Positions 14,080 through 26,134 of a stretch of 64,000 bases of DNA are shown in pieces. The notes under the pieces were generated by a model. It saw nothing but the letters and a program-made list of their open reading frames with translations. It was not told the DNA's origin and ran no database searches. The stretch's first letter is position 1; each line of letters opens with the position of its first letter. Source of the DNA: an uncultured Planctomycetaceae bacterium. Lineage in GTDB: Bacteria > Planctomycetota > Planctomycetia > Isosphaerales > Isosphaeraceae. The stretch lies in the NCBI GenBank assembly GCA_963833985.1, contig CAWIAD010000002.1:96001-160000 (forward strand), given 5' to 3'. Both the position numbers and the translations under genes were made by a program.

Positions 14080-14421
14080 ATGGCGAAACCCGATGGATCC
14101 ACGAATGCCGGTACCAGCGTGCAGGGAGCGCCTCGGTTCGGCAGCTATATTGGACTTTTTTTTGTGGCCGTGATCCTGGGCATCCTGTTCTTTGCCCTGC
14201 TCCATGACCCGGGAACCAACCATGCATTCGACGGGCTCAGGCCGGGCATGAGCTCGACCGAAGTCGCCGCGGTGCTCGGAGTGGCTCAGGCCGAGAACAA
14301 GGAGGGAACGCTGCTGGTACAGACCTGGCGCATCCCTGACGGCACGCTTTTCGAGGTCCGCTTCCAGGACGGGAAGCTCGTCGCGAAGCAACGCAAGGCG
14401 GCTGGCCGCGCGACTCCTTGA
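14080..14421 (+). CDS. Small single-pass membrane protein with BamE/SmpA-like GMS..EV..VLG motif
   Basis: TM helix YIGLFFVAVILGILFFALL then LRPGMSSTEVAAVLG...VRFQDGKLVAK. Confidence 0.65.
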   Translation: MAKPDGSTNAGTSVQGAPRFGSYIGLFFVAVILGILFFALLHDPGTNHAFDGLRPGMSSTEVAAVLGVAQAENKEGTLLVQTWRIPDGTLFEVRFQDGKLVAKQRKAAGRATP

Positions 14422-14621
14422 AGCAGCTTGCGCGGGCCGCCCGGTTTCACAGGACCTGCGCCAGGCGGCGGATCTGTTCCCGCCCTTGTGGCCGCCGGAA
14501 ATCGAGGAACCGGCGCAGGGAGCCGGCGAGACGGCCCGCCGGCGGCTGCGCTCTGACCTCGCTTCCCGGCCTCCTGCCCTGCTTCGGTCCGCGTCGTGCG
14601 TGCAGGTTCCCGGGCGCTGGC

Positions 14622-17600
14622 TCACACCCGTTTCTTCTCGAGCTGCATGTTCAGGCCCAGGCCGCGGATCTCGTTGGTGAGAACGTCGAAGCTGGCCGGA
14701 GTGCCGGCCTCGAGGGTGTTCTCACCTTTGACCATGCTCTCGTAGATCTTGGTGCGGCCCTCGACGTCATCGGACTTGACGGTGAGCAGCTCTTGCAAGA
14801 TGTAAGCGGCACCGTAGGCTTCCAGGGCCCAGACTTCCATCTCGCCGAACCGCTGGCCGCCGAAGCGTGCCTTGCCGCCGAGGGGCTGCTGGGTGATCAG
14901 CGAGTAGGGGCCGGTGGCGCGGGCGTGGATCTTGTCGTCCACCAGGTGGTGGAGCTTGAGCATGTAGATGTAGCCCACGGTGACCCGCTGGTCGAACTTC
15001 TGGCCCGTACGGCCGTCGTAAAGTTCGGCCTTGCCGTTCTCGGGCAAGCCGGCGTCCTTCAGGCACTGGCGGATGGTGTCCTCGCTGGCACCGTCGAAGA
15101 CGGGGCAAACGGCCTGGAAGCCCAGCTTGGCCGCGGCCCATCCCAGGTGGGTCTCGAGGATCTGGCCCACGTTCATACGGCTCGGGACGCCCAGGGGGTT
15201 GAGCAGGATCTCCACTCCGGTGCCGTCCTCCAGGAACGGCATGTCCTCCTCGGGAAGGATCTTGGCGATGACGCCCTTGTTGCCGTGGCGGCCGGCCATC
15301 TTATCGCCCACGGAGATGACCCGCTTGGTGGCGATGTAGACCTTCACCATCTGGAGCACGCCGGAGGGAAGCTCGTCGCCCCGCTTCAGGCTGTTGAGCC
15401 TGCGCTCCTTCTCGTCCTTGAGGGCCTCGATGCGCGGGGCGTACTGGCGAACGACGTTCCTGGCCTTCGCGGAGGCGTCGGGACTGCGAATGTCGAGCGC
15501 CTCCAGCTTGAATCGCTCGCTCTCGTCGACCAGGTCCTTGGAGTCCTTGGCGCGGCCCAGGGGCTTGCCGCTGGTCGGGTCGGCAACCGGCCCGCCGACG
15601 GCCTCCTCGAGCGCCTTGACCATCTGCTTGTACTCATCGGCGATGCGGGCGTTCTCGCTGGTCTCGGTGTCCTTGAGCTCCTTCTCGAAGGCCTTGCGCT
15701 CGTCCTCGCTGAGGCTCATCCGGCGGGAGAACCGCTGGGTGTTGATGACGATGCCCTCGACTCCGGAAGGAACCTCCAGCGAGTCGTTCTTGACGTCCTC
15801 GCCAGCCCGCCCGAAGATCGCGTGCAGCAGTTTCTCTTCGGGCGTGAGCTCGCTCTTGCTCTTGGGCGCCACCTTGCCGACGAGGATATCCCCCGGCTTG
15901 ACGTAGGTGCCAATCCGCACCACGCCATTGTCGTCCAGGTTGCGGAGGGCCTTCTCCGAGACGTTGGGGATGTCGCGGGTGAACTCCTCGCGGCCCAGCT
16001 TGGTCTCGCGGATCTCGATCTCGAACTCCTCGATGTGGATCGAGGTGTAGACGTCGTCGCGCACCAGCTTCTCGCTGATGATGATGGCGTCCTCGAAGTT
16101 GTAGCCGTCCCAGGCCATGAAGGCCACCAGGACGTTGCGGCCCAGCGCCAGCTCACCCCGGAAGGTGGAGGCGCCGTCGGCCAAAATCTCGCCCTTCTTG
16201 ACCTTCTGGCCCACCTGCACGATCGGCTTCTGGTTCAGGCAGGTCCGCTCGTTCAGCCCCACGTACTTGCGCAGCTTATAGATATGGTTATGGTCTATAA
16301 TCACGCGGGTCGAATCGACATAAGTGATTGTACCTTCCTGCTGCGCCTTCACGACCATGCCGGAGTTGCCGGCGACGGAGCGTTCCAGCCCCGTGGCGAC
16401 GATGGGCGGCTCGGCCACCAGGAGGGGCACCGCCTGGCGCTGCATGTTGGAGCCCATGAGCGCGCGGTTGGCGTCGTCATGCTCGAGGAACGGGATCAAC
16501 CCGGCCGAGACTCCCACCATCTGCTTGGGTGAGATGTCCATGAACTCGATCTGGTCGACGGCCACGGTGACGAAGTCGGTCTGGTAGCGTGCCGTCAGGG
16601 TAGGCCCCTTGAGCTTCGCGTGCTCGTCCATGACGGCGTCGGCGGGCGCCAGGTAGGCCTCGCTCTCCTCGTCGGCCCGCATCCAGACGACCTCTTCGCT
16701 CTTCTTGCCGTGCTTGATCTTGCGGTACGGCGTGATCAGGAAGCCGTACTCGTCGACACCGCCGTAGATGCCCAGCGAGCTGATCAGCCCGATGTTCGTT
16801 CCCTCGGGGGTCTCGATGGGGCAGATGCGGCCGTAGTGCGAGATGTGCACGTCGCGCACCTCGAAGCCGGCCCGCTTGCGGTTCAGGCCGCCGGGGCCAA
16901 GCGCCGAGAGCCTGCGCTCGTGGGTGAGCTGCGCCAGCGGGTTGGTCTGGTCGACCACCTGCGAGAGCTCGCCGCGGCCGAAGAAGTACTCGATCGCCGC
17001 GCTGATGCTCTTGGGGTTGATGAGCGACCGCGGCGTCATGTCGTCCACTTCCTTCAGGCTCATCCGCTCCTGCACGGTGCGGCGCAGCTTCAGGAACCCC
17101 TTGCGGAGCTCGTCGGCGGCCAGCTCGTCGATGGTCCGCAGCCGGCGGTTGCCCAGGTGGTCGATGTCGTCGATATGCACGCGCGGGTCGTTGCCCTTGC
17201 GCAACCGCAGGATGTAGCGGATGGCGTTGACATAATCCTGCGGGTCGAGGGTCATGCGATCTTCGGGCACGGTCTGGTTGAACTTGCGGTTGATCCGGAA
17301 CCGGCCCACCTTGCCCAGGCGATAGCGGTTGGTGTCGAAGAACTTCTCGTGGAACAGCTCGCGGGCCTTCTCTAGCTGGGGCGGGTTGCCCGGCCGCAGC
17401 CGCTGGTAGATGCGCAGCAGGGCGCTCTCGTGGTCGGTGGTCGGGTCGTCCTGGAGCGACTGGAGGATGAGCTGGTCGCGCGCTTCCTTGAGGACGTTGA
17501 TCGGCCCGATGTTGCCGGCGTCGGCCAGCACCTGGGCGAGCGTCTTGGAGATGGTCGCGCCGCTCTCGATGAGCACCTCGCCACTGGTCGGGTCCACGAC

Positions 17601-18341
17601 GTCTCCGCAAGCGATGCGCCCCTCCAGCCGGGCCGCTGCCTTGGAATCGGCCGAATCGATCACCTCCGGCTCGTAGAAAGCACTCAGAATGGCCTCATCC
17701 GAGGAGTACTGCGGGCTCATGGCGCGGAGCAGGGTCATGGACGAGAACTTGCCGGACTGGTCGATGCGTACCCCCAGCGTCTCCTTCTTGGTGACTTGCA
17801 GCTCAATCCAGCTTCCCCGCTCGGGGATGACGCGGCAGGCGTGCAGCTTCTTGTCGCCGGACTCGACTTCCACCACGAAATCGACGCCCGGCGAGCGGTG
17901 CAGCTGGCTGACAACCACGCGCTCGGCGCCGTTGATGATGAACTCGCCGCCGCCGATCATGATCGGCATGTCGCCCAGGTAGACCGACTCCTCGAGCACC
18001 GTCTCGCCCTTGTTCAGGCGCAGCCAGACGTGCAAGGGCCGGCCGAAGGTGAGCCGGAGCTGCCGGCACTCATCCGGATCGTAACGGGGCTTGCCGAGGT
18101 CGTAGCGCAGGTATTCCAGCTTGAGCGTCTTGTCGTAGCTCTCGATCGGGAAGATTTCCCGGAAAACACCTTCAAGCCCCGTGTCGGTGCGCACTTCGGG
18201 GAGATCGTCGGCTTGCAGGAACCGCTCGTAGCTCCGGGTCTGGATCTGCGTCAGGTCGGGAACCGGGAACTCGTCGTGGATCCGGCCGAAATTCCGTTTC
18301 ACAGACGGGATGATGCGCCGCACGGTGGTCGGAGTGGGCAT
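14622..18341 (-). CDS. rpoB: DNA-directed RNA polymerase subunit beta
   Basis: [40 protein letters not shown]; start MPTPTTVRR. Confidence 0.99.
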   Translation of the reverse strand: MPTPTTVRRIIPSVKRNFGRIHDEFPVPDLTQIQTRSYERFLQADDLPEVRTDTGLEGVFREIFPIESYDKTLKLEYLRYDLGKPRYDPDECRQLRLTFGRPLHVWLRLNKGETVLEESVYLGDMPIMIGGGEFIINGAERVVVSQLHRSPGVDFVVEVESGDKKLHACRVIPERGSWIELQVTKKETLGVRIDQSGKFSSMTLLRAMSPQYSSDEAILSAFYEPEVIDSADSKAAARLEGRIACGDVVDPTSGEVLIESGATISKTLAQVLADAGNIGPINVLKEARDQLILQSLQDDPTTDHESALLRIYQRLRPGNPPQLEKARELFHEKFFDTNRYRLGKVGRFRINRKFNQTVPEDRMTLDPQDYVNAIRYILRLRKGNDPRVHIDDIDHLGNRRLRTIDELAADELRKGFLKLRRTVQERMSLKEVDDMTPRSLINPKSISAAIEYFFGRGELSQVVDQTNPLAQLTHERRLSALGPGGLNRKRAGFEVRDVHISHYGRICPIETPEGTNIGLISSLGIYGGVDEYGFLITPYRKIKHGKKSEEVVWMRADEESEAYLAPADAVMDEHAKLKGPTLTARYQTDFVTVAVDQIEFMDISPKQMVGVSAGLIPFLEHDDANRALMGSNMQRQAVPLLVAEPPIVATGLERSVAGNSGMVVKAQQEGTITYVDSTRVIIDHNHIYKLRKYVGLNERTCLNQKPIVQVGQKVKKGEILADGASTFRGELALGRNVLVAFMAWDGYNFEDAIIISEKLVRDDVYTSIHIEEFEIEIRETKLGREEFTRDIPNVSEKALRNLDDNGVVRIGTYVKPGDILVGKVAPKSKSELTPEEKLLHAIFGRAGEDVKNDSLEVPSGVEGIVINTQRFSRRMSLSEDERKAFEKELKDTETSENARIADEYKQMVKALEEAVGGPVADPTSGKPLGRAKDSKDLVDESERFKLEALDIRSPDASAKARNVVRQYAPRIEALKDEKERRLNSLKRGDELPSGVLQMVKVYIATKRVISVGDKMAGRHGNKGVIAKILPEEDMPFLEDGTGVEILLNPLGVPSRMNVGQILETHLGWAAAKLGFQAVCPVFDGASEDTIRQCLKDAGLPENGKAELYDGRTGQKFDQRVTVGYIYMLKLHHLVDDKIHARATGPYSLITQQPLGGKARFGGQRFGEMEVWALEAYGAAYILQELLTVKSDDVEGRTKIYESMVKGENTLEAGTPASFDVLTNEIRGLGLNMQLEKKRV

Positions 18342-18804
18342 CTCTTCGCGCTCCTCAAGGGGAGTAGGGGGGTACCGGGGCGGTTCTCCATCAAGTTCCG
18401 AGCACGCCCCGCAGCCGCGTTCCGCATCGCCAGGGTCGCTCAAGGCTGAGGCACAAGCAGGACCAGCGCCCGCCGGCGAGGTCCCAGGCCGGATCGGCTC
18501 GGAACAGGAAGACGACATTGATCGGTCGTCCGGGACGTCCACCGCGCGCTCCAATACCCCGAGGACGGCGAGCCAGGGGTCGCCGGCATCGGGGTTCAGC
18601 GCGGGTGGGCAGGTCCCGATTGGGTTCAGCAACAGTGGCGCAGGGTGGCTCGAGCGTGAAGGCACAGAGCCCATGTCCCGTCCGGGGAGAGCCGGTTGCG
18701 CCCCGGCGGAGCCGGACCGCGCCTTCCCGCCAGGGAAACGCCTGACCGGCACTCGAGCAAGGCGCATGGCCCGGAGAATACACGGGTCCGGTGTGCGATC
18801 CCGA

Positions 18805-19215
<411 letters not shown>

Positions 19216-19373
19216 GAGGGTCGGGTCCTTTCTTGCGCTCTCGATCAGATCATGATCATTCTAGCGGCGTTCGTCAAACGCCTGGGGTCGGGAAAGTTGT
19301 GACAGGGCCAGGGTACGTATCCGACGCACCCAGCCGGGAGTGAGACCAACGCAGGCAGGGGCAAAACCGGACC

Positions 19374-19916
19374 TCAGGCCCCGCCTTCCGCCGCCGGCTC
19401 GTCGGCGGCAGGTTCGGACATCGTTTTCAACTGGCCCATCAGGCTGCTCGCGGGCGCGTTCGCCAGTGAGACAATCCGCTGCACCGGCGCCAGCGCCAGG
19501 GAGACCACGCGGCCGATCAACTGCTCGCGGCTGGGGAGCTTGGTGATGTCCTCGACCTGCGACGGAGCAATCACCAGCCCGTCGACGGCCCCCCCCTTGA
19601 TCTCCGGCTTTTTCAGGTGCTTCACCTGGCTCGAGACTTCCTTGGCCAGCTCGGCAACCCCGTCTCCCCCCCAGACCAGCACCGACGGCCCCTCGAGATA
19701 CTTCGAGAGCCCGTCCATGCCCATCTCCGAGAACACGCGGCGCGCGAGCGTATTCTTGAGGGCCCGCACCCGGATCGACTTCTTCCGCAGGTCGCGGCGG
19801 AGCTGGTGCTCGGCGATGGCGTCGAGCCCCTTCAGATCCAGGATCAGGACCGACCGGCTGCCGTTCAGGTCCGACCGCAGCTGGTCCATCATCAATTCTT
19901 TGACGTATTTGCTCAT
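19374..19916 (-). CDS. rplJ: 50S ribosomal protein L10
   Basis: KNTLARR, LEGPS, KLPSREQL; synteny. Confidence 0.96.
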   Translation of the reverse strand: MSKYVKELMMDQLRSDLNGSRSVLILDLKGLDAIAEHQLRRDLRKKSIRVRALKNTLARRVFSEMGMDGLSKYLEGPSVLVWGGDGVAELAKEVSSQVKHLKKPEIKGGAVDGLVIAPSQVEDITKLPSREQLIGRVVSLALAPVQRIVSLANAPASSLMGQLKTMSEPAADEPAAEGGA

Positions 19917-19976
19917 TGGTTATTCCGTGATCCTCTCATGCAGGCGGCCCGGGCCACCGGGTGAAGCCGGACCGGC

Positions 19977-20657
19977 TCAGGCCGTGACCCGGATTCCGGG
20001 GCTCATCGTGGCCGAGACCGTGACCGACTGGAGGTACGTTCCCTTCGCCGCCGCCGGCTTGAGCGACCGCAGGTAGTTGAGGAAGGCGTTGATGTTCTCG
20101 ATGAGCTGCTCGTCGCTGAAGTTGATCTTGCCGACGGGCACGGCCACGTTCCCTCCCTTGTCATTGCGAAACTCGATCTTGCCGGCCTTGAACTCGCGCA
20201 CCGCCGACGAGATGTCCACGGCGACGGTCCCTGACCGGGGCGAGGGCATCAGCCCGCGGGGGCCGAGCACGCGCCCCAGGGGACCGACGATGCCCATCAT
20301 GTCGGGCGTGGCCAGCGCGACATCAAAATCCATCGTCCCGCCCTTGATCTGCTGTGCCAGGTCGTCGGCGCCCACGATATCGGCGCCGGCGGCGCGGGCT
20401 TTCTCGGCATTCTCGCCCTGGGCGAAGACCGCCACGCGCACGCTCTTGCCAATGCCATGGGGCAGGGCGACCGAACCGCGCACATTCTGGTCGCTCTGGC
20501 GCGGGTCGATGCCCAGGTGCGTCGAGACCTCGACGGTCTGGTTGAACTTGGTGGTGCCGAACGTCTTCAAGAGCTTGACCGCGTCGGCCAGCGAGACCGG
20601 ACCGGGTGCCTTGATCTTGTCGCTCAGTGCGCGAAATCGCTTCGAGTGCTGGGGCAA
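19977..20657 (-). CDS. rplA: 50S ribosomal protein L1
   Basis: LPHGIGK, LGPRGLMP, SATMSPG; TTG start after AGGAGG. Confidence 0.98.
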   Translation of the reverse strand: MPQHSKRFRALSDKIKAPGPVSLADAVKLLKTFGTTKFNQTVEVSTHLGIDPRQSDQNVRGSVALPHGIGKSVRVAVFAQGENAEKARAAGADIVGADDLAQQIKGGTMDFDVALATPDMMGIVGPLGRVLGPRGLMPSPRSGTVAVDISSAVREFKAGKIEFRNDKGGNVAVPVGKINFSDEQLIENINAFLNYLRSLKPAAAKGTYLQSVTVSATMSPGIRVTA

Positions 20658-20798
20658 GTTTGCCCTCCTTTCGCCCTTCCGGGCTGCCGCCTTTTCGGAT
20701 CATTCCCGTTGCCCGCGGGCGGTCGCGTCAGGCAGGAACCGTACTCAGTTAGCCTGTCATCCGGATCGGATCGGTCTGACCTCAGGTCTCCTTCGAGG

Positions 20799-21164
20799 TT
20801 AGAGCGGCTCACACTCGGAATCGATCACATAACCAATGGCTCGAATCATGTCACGCATGGACGATGCATCGAGCGTGGCGATCGGGCCGCGATCGAGGTC
20901 GAGTCGGGCCTTCTCCAGACTGGCGATACTCTCACATTGAGCCACGGAGTCTTTCGTGAAACCGAAACGACCGGCTCGGAAGGGCACACAATTCCGCATC
21001 CCGCTCCGCGCCGCGAACTTCCTCGATGTACAGCTCACAACAACGACATATTCGCCGCGATTCAGTTTTTCCCTCGAAACGACGACCACGCGATGCTGAT
21101 CCTCCTCGGAAAGAGGCTGATCCTCCTCGGAAAGATGGATCTTATAGATTTCGCCGGGTCGCAT
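20799..21164 (-). CDS. PemK/MazF family type II toxin
   Basis: MRPGEIY, HRVVVVS...N, VVVVSCTS, DSVAQCESIASLEKARL, IATLD...M; ATG overlaps upstream TGA (TGATG). Confidence 0.8.
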   Translation of the reverse strand: MRPGEIYKIHLSEEDQPLSEEDQHRVVVVSREKLNRGEYVVVVSCTSRKFAARSGMRNCVPFRAGRFGFTKDSVAQCESIASLEKARLDLDRGPIATLDASSMRDMIRAIGYVIDSECEPL

Positions 21165-21637
21165 CACAGGTCTTCCTTGATGCGTCGGCTGAAAGCAGCG
21201 AAAGCGGCCTTGTGAAACGCCTTCTGCTCCCTCTCGTCCGCTTCGTACTCTTCTCTTTCCTCGACGCTGGCGAATCGATCGTTCGGATTGCCCAGATGCG
21301 TCTCCTCGGTGATCGACCAGACCGACACGGAACAGATCCCGTTCCGGTCGCGGCCTGAGGGCCCGGTGATCCGCCTGGCGGACTGCCGTGCGCCGACCTT
21401 CTTCTGGCCAAAAGCGTAAAGAAATCTCCCAAGCTGCTGATCGGCGGTCATTTCCGGATCGGCGCAATCGCCATAAAGCTCATAGATCGCGTACAGCTCG
21501 TCATTGCGGTGTTCACTGAGCCAGTTGATAAGGTCGTGGCCATCGTAATCGCCGCGCTCCGAGAACGTCTCGCGCACGGCACGAACGCCCTCGCGAATCG
21601 CCGCAACCAGAGCCGAATCCTCCTCGAAGCGTGCCAT
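21164..21637 (-). CDS. Hypothetical protein, putative antitoxin
   Basis: 157 aa; translationally coupled upstream of the MazF-like gene; acidic helical C-terminus. Confidence 0.65.
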   Translation of the reverse strand: MARFEEDSALVAAIREGVRAVRETFSERGDYDGHDLINWLSEHRNDELYAIYELYGDCADPEMTADQQLGRFLYAFGQKKVGARQSARRITGPSGRDRNGICSVSVWSITEETHLGNPNDRFASVEEREEYEADEREQKAFHKAAFAAFSRRIKEDL

Positions 21638-21643
21638 GAAGCC

Positions 21644-22069
21644 TCATCCCTTGACTTCCACCCCCATGCTGCGGGCCGTGCCGGCGATGACCCGGCAGGC
21701 GTGCTCGATGTCGCGGGCATTCAGGTCGGCGAACTTCGTCTCGGCGATCTTCCGGACCTGCTCGGCGGTGACGGTGCCGACCTTCGTCTTGTTTGGCACC
21801 GCCGAACCGGCAGCAATACCGGCGGCCTGCTTGAGCAGCACCGCGGCCGGCGGGCTCTTGGTGATGAACTCGAACGAGCGATCCGAGTACACCGTGATCT
21901 CGACGGGGATGGTTGTCCCCTTCATGTCCTTGGTGCGCTCGTTGAACTGCATCACGAACTGACCGATATTCACCCCGTGCTGGCCGAGGGCCGGCCCCAC
22001 CGGCGGCGCGGGCGTCGCTTGCCCGCCGGTGCACTGTAGCTTCACCTTCGCCGTCATTACCTTGGCCAT
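21644..22069 (-). CDS. rplK: 50S ribosomal protein L11
   Basis: [25 protein letters not shown]. Confidence 0.98.
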   Translation of the reverse strand: MAKVMTAKVKLQCTGGQATPAPPVGPALGQHGVNIGQFVMQFNERTKDMKGTTIPVEITVYSDRSFEFITKSPPAAVLLKQAAGIAAGSAVPNKTKVGTVTAEQVRKIAETKFADLNARDIEHACRVIAGTARSMGVEVKG

Positions 22070-22160
22070 GTGTCTCTTCTCGCTCTCTCACCCCAGGAAC
22101 GGACGTCTTCCAATCTCGTATTCGACCGCGACGCGGGCCCGGCCGCCGGCCGCACCCCGC

Positions 22161-23021
22161 TCAGATTCGCTCCAGTTGCCAGTACTCGAGGTCCACCGGC
22201 GTGGGACGGTTGAAGATGATGAGCATCACCTTCACCAGGCCGCGCCCCTCGATCACTTCCTCGACGGTCCCCTCGAAGTTCTCGAACGGCCCATCCTTGA
22301 TCTTCACGCGGTCGCCGCGTTCCACGTCGATGCGGAACTTGGGGGTCTCCGCGGTCGTCTTCTCTTCTTCCTGGTGCAGCATCTGGTTGACCTCGGCGTC
22401 GGTCATCTTCGTGGGCGTGCCGTGCGCCCCGACGAAGTCGCCAACGCCCGGCGTCTCACGCACCAGGAACCAGGTCTTCTCGTTCAGCTCCATCTGCACC
22501 ATGATGTAGCCGGGGTACGTCTTGCGCTCCACGATCCGCTTCTTGTTGTTGCGGATCTCGGTGATCTTCTCAGTGGGCACCACGATCTTGTCGAAGTACC
22601 TTTGCAGCCCCTTGATCTTGACGTTGCGCTGCAAGGCGTCGCGGATCGTGTCCTCGCGCGAGCTTTGAACCTTGAGCACGTACCAGACGAGTTCCGGTTT
22701 GGGCTCGTCGTCGTCATCGGCGGGCGCGGCCGCGGCCGCGACCGGCTCAGGTGCTGAGGCCGGGACATCGGCCTGCGGCTCCGGGATCTCTGGTGCGGAC
22801 TCCGGCTCCGCTGCTGACTCGCCGGCGGCCGGCTTGACTCGCGCCCGGCGCTTTCGTGCGGGGGCCCTGGCGTCGGCCGCACCGCCGGCGGGGAGTTCCT
22901 CGCCGGCCGCGGCCTCGAGGTCCGGATCCGCGTCCGATGTGCTGCCTGGCGCCGGGGTCTCGCTCGGCGCTGCCGCCGGCTCGGCGGTCGGGTCCATGGG
23001 GTCGTCGCTCGGGTCGCTCAT
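22161..23021 (-). CDS. nusG: Transcription termination/antitermination factor NusG with long N-terminal extension
   Basis: WYVLKV, YPGYI, RETPGV..FVG, KOW domain GDRVKIKDGPF. Confidence 0.96.
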   Translation of the reverse strand: MSDPSDDPMDPTAEPAAAPSETPAPGSTSDADPDLEAAAGEELPAGGAADARAPARKRRARVKPAAGESAAEPESAPEIPEPQADVPASAPEPVAAAAAPADDDDEPKPELVWYVLKVQSSREDTIRDALQRNVKIKGLQRYFDKIVVPTEKITEIRNNKKRIVERKTYPGYIMVQMELNEKTWFLVRETPGVGDFVGAHGTPTKMTDAEVNQMLHQEEEKTTAETPKFRIDVERGDRVKIKDGPFENFEGTVEEVIEGRGLVKVMLIIFNRPTPVDLEYWQLERI

Positions 23022-23119
23022 GATCGATTCAACAAAAATAAACTGGATCTCGGCCCGGCGCACCGTGCGGGCAGGGTGCCTCCCGAGCCTGGGGTGTACG
23101 AGTCAGACGTCGAGTCCCG

Positions 23120-23644
23120 TCAGGCGGTCGAGCCGAAGCCTCCTCCGCCTGTGAACTTGAGAACGCCGATGTTGCGCAGGATGAACAGCCAGAGCCAGTC
23201 CACGACGAACAGAAAAACGGCCATGACCACGACGGTCGCGAGCACCACGATCGTGGCCCGGTAGAGCTCGTCCTTGCTCGTCCATGAGACCTTGTTCATC
23301 TCGGCTTCGGTGGCGATGAGGAACTCGGCGAAGGGCTGGAAGTGAACGATCCGGAAGATGAGCCAGCCAAAGATGAGGGCGATCCCCGCCGGAATACCCA
23401 GCCGCCAGTATGGGTTGTAGTCGATGCACGATTCGTAGACCCGCCAGACTCCGGCAGCCGCGATCACCCCGAGTCCGAGGGCCGTGTAGATCCGGGCGTA
23501 CCAGCCCTGCATGGGCTTGAACAGTCCGGCCTGCCCCAGGTTCAGGAAGAACTGGACGAAGGTATTCGGCGGGCTCCCGCCCGGTTTCCCCTTGGAGGGT
23601 TTTGCCGGCTTCGATGCCGATTCGACGTCTTTGAGTTTACCCAT
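23120..23644 (-). CDS. secE: Preprotein translocase subunit SecE (3 TM type)
   Basis: EFLIATEAEMNKVSWTS; position between tRNA-Trp and nusG. Confidence 0.92.
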   Translation of the reverse strand: MGKLKDVESASKPAKPSKGKPGGSPPNTFVQFFLNLGQAGLFKPMQGWYARIYTALGLGVIAAAGVWRVYESCIDYNPYWRLGIPAGIALIFGWLIFRIVHFQPFAEFLIATEAEMNKVSWTSKDELYRATIVVLATVVVMAVFLFVVDWLWLFILRNIGVLKFTGGGGFGSTA

Positions 23645-23734
23645 GGCACCGGTCCCGCTTGTCTTGCCGGGGAAACCACCCCGATCGACGCGTTGAAAAT
23701 CTGTGAATCGAACGGCACGTTGGCCTTGCCGCAG

Positions 23735-23807
23735 CACGAGCGGAGGGAATCGAACCCCCAACCGCCGGTTTTGGAGACCGGTGCTCTACCAATTGAGCTA
23801 CGCTCGT
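23735..23807 (-). tRNA. tRNA-Trp(CCA)
   Basis: ACGAGCGTAGCTCAATTGGTAGAGCACCGGTCTCCAAAACCGG...GGTTCGATTCC; cloverleaf; 3' CCA not encoded. Confidence 0.97.
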
Positions 23808-23967
23808 AACGTTCCAGGGCCAGGAACCGGTCCGCCGGCCAGGCGGCCGCATCTTGACTGGACGGGCCGCACGAGCGATCTCGCGACGGGCGGCAGCCAG
23901 CGGGCATCCACGGCGGGCCGCGGCACGCGACCACACCGGCACACCGCACAGCCCGCTCGACGCGCGA

Positions 23968-24120
23968 TCACTTCTTGCGCGACTCCTTGTGAGCCGTGTG
24001 CTTGCGTTCCCGGCGACAGTATTTCTTGAGCTCCAGCCGACCGGCACCACGGGTTTCTTTCTGCACCCGGTAGTTCCGGTCGCCACAGGCGGTGCATTCG
24101 AGCCAAACATACTCACGCAT
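23968..24120 (-). CDS. rpmG: 50S ribosomal protein L33 (not in the ORF track)
   Basis: MREYVWLECTACGDRNYRVQKETRGAGRLELKKYCRRERKHTAHKESRKK, 50 aa. Confidence 0.95.
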   Translation of the reverse strand: MREYVWLECTACGDRNYRVQKETRGAGRLELKKYCRRERKHTAHKESRKK

Positions 24121-24382
24121 GACCAAGCCGCTCCTGCCTTACGCAGCGCTCGTAGATCACGGCTTGAAACCTTTGGATGCCGTGAAATCCGGGGGAAAAA
24201 ACGCGAGATCCTGAATGTTCACGGTGCGGCCAGGCTGGGTCCCCGACGGACCGGGCAGCCAGCCGCACCCCAAGAAAACGGAACCGGAACCAGGGCCCGC
24301 CCCAGTCCCGGGATCAACCGGGGACCCGTGCCGGCGAGGTCGCCCGCCCGGATGACTGACGTGGCTCGCGGCGAGGCGCGGG

Positions 24383-25594
<1,212 letters not shown>

Positions 25595-25763
25595 TTGCGA
25601 TTGCGCCTTTACGGCATTCCTGAGGTCGAAGTCAAAATGGCGGGAACCCTTCAGGCAGCCCCACCCGCCAGCACGATCCGGTTCGGACGGCCATCCCGGC
25701 GGCCGGGGCCTGCCGCCAGGCACGTCACATGTCACGCCCGAAGTTTGGGCAACCGACCCAAAG

Positions 25764-25836
<73 letters not shown>

Positions 25837-25894
25837 AGTGTTCTGGTTCTACGTGCTCTCTCCTGGTCACGCTCCGTTCTGGTCCCGATCGAAA

Positions 25895-25965
25895 AGCGGG
25901 TGATGGGAATCGAACCCACGCAGCCTGCTTGGAAGGCAGGGGCTCTACCACTGAGCTACACCCGC
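25895..25965 (-). tRNA. tRNA-Gly(TCC)
   Basis: GCGGGTGTAGCTCAGTGGTAGAGCCCCTGCCTTCCAAGCAGG... Confidence 0.97.
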
Positions 25966-26134
25966 GTCAATGGAAACACCGGTCATCTTGCCGGGCATCC
26001 GCAGACGCCCCTCGGCAGATCACCGGCCCGTCCAAAACGAAACGAATCCGCGGTCGCACCGCGCGCTGTCGTTGTTCCTCCAATCCGTCCAGATCCGGCA
26101 AGGCCCTCGGTGGTGCAAGTGCAAGGAATCGTGA

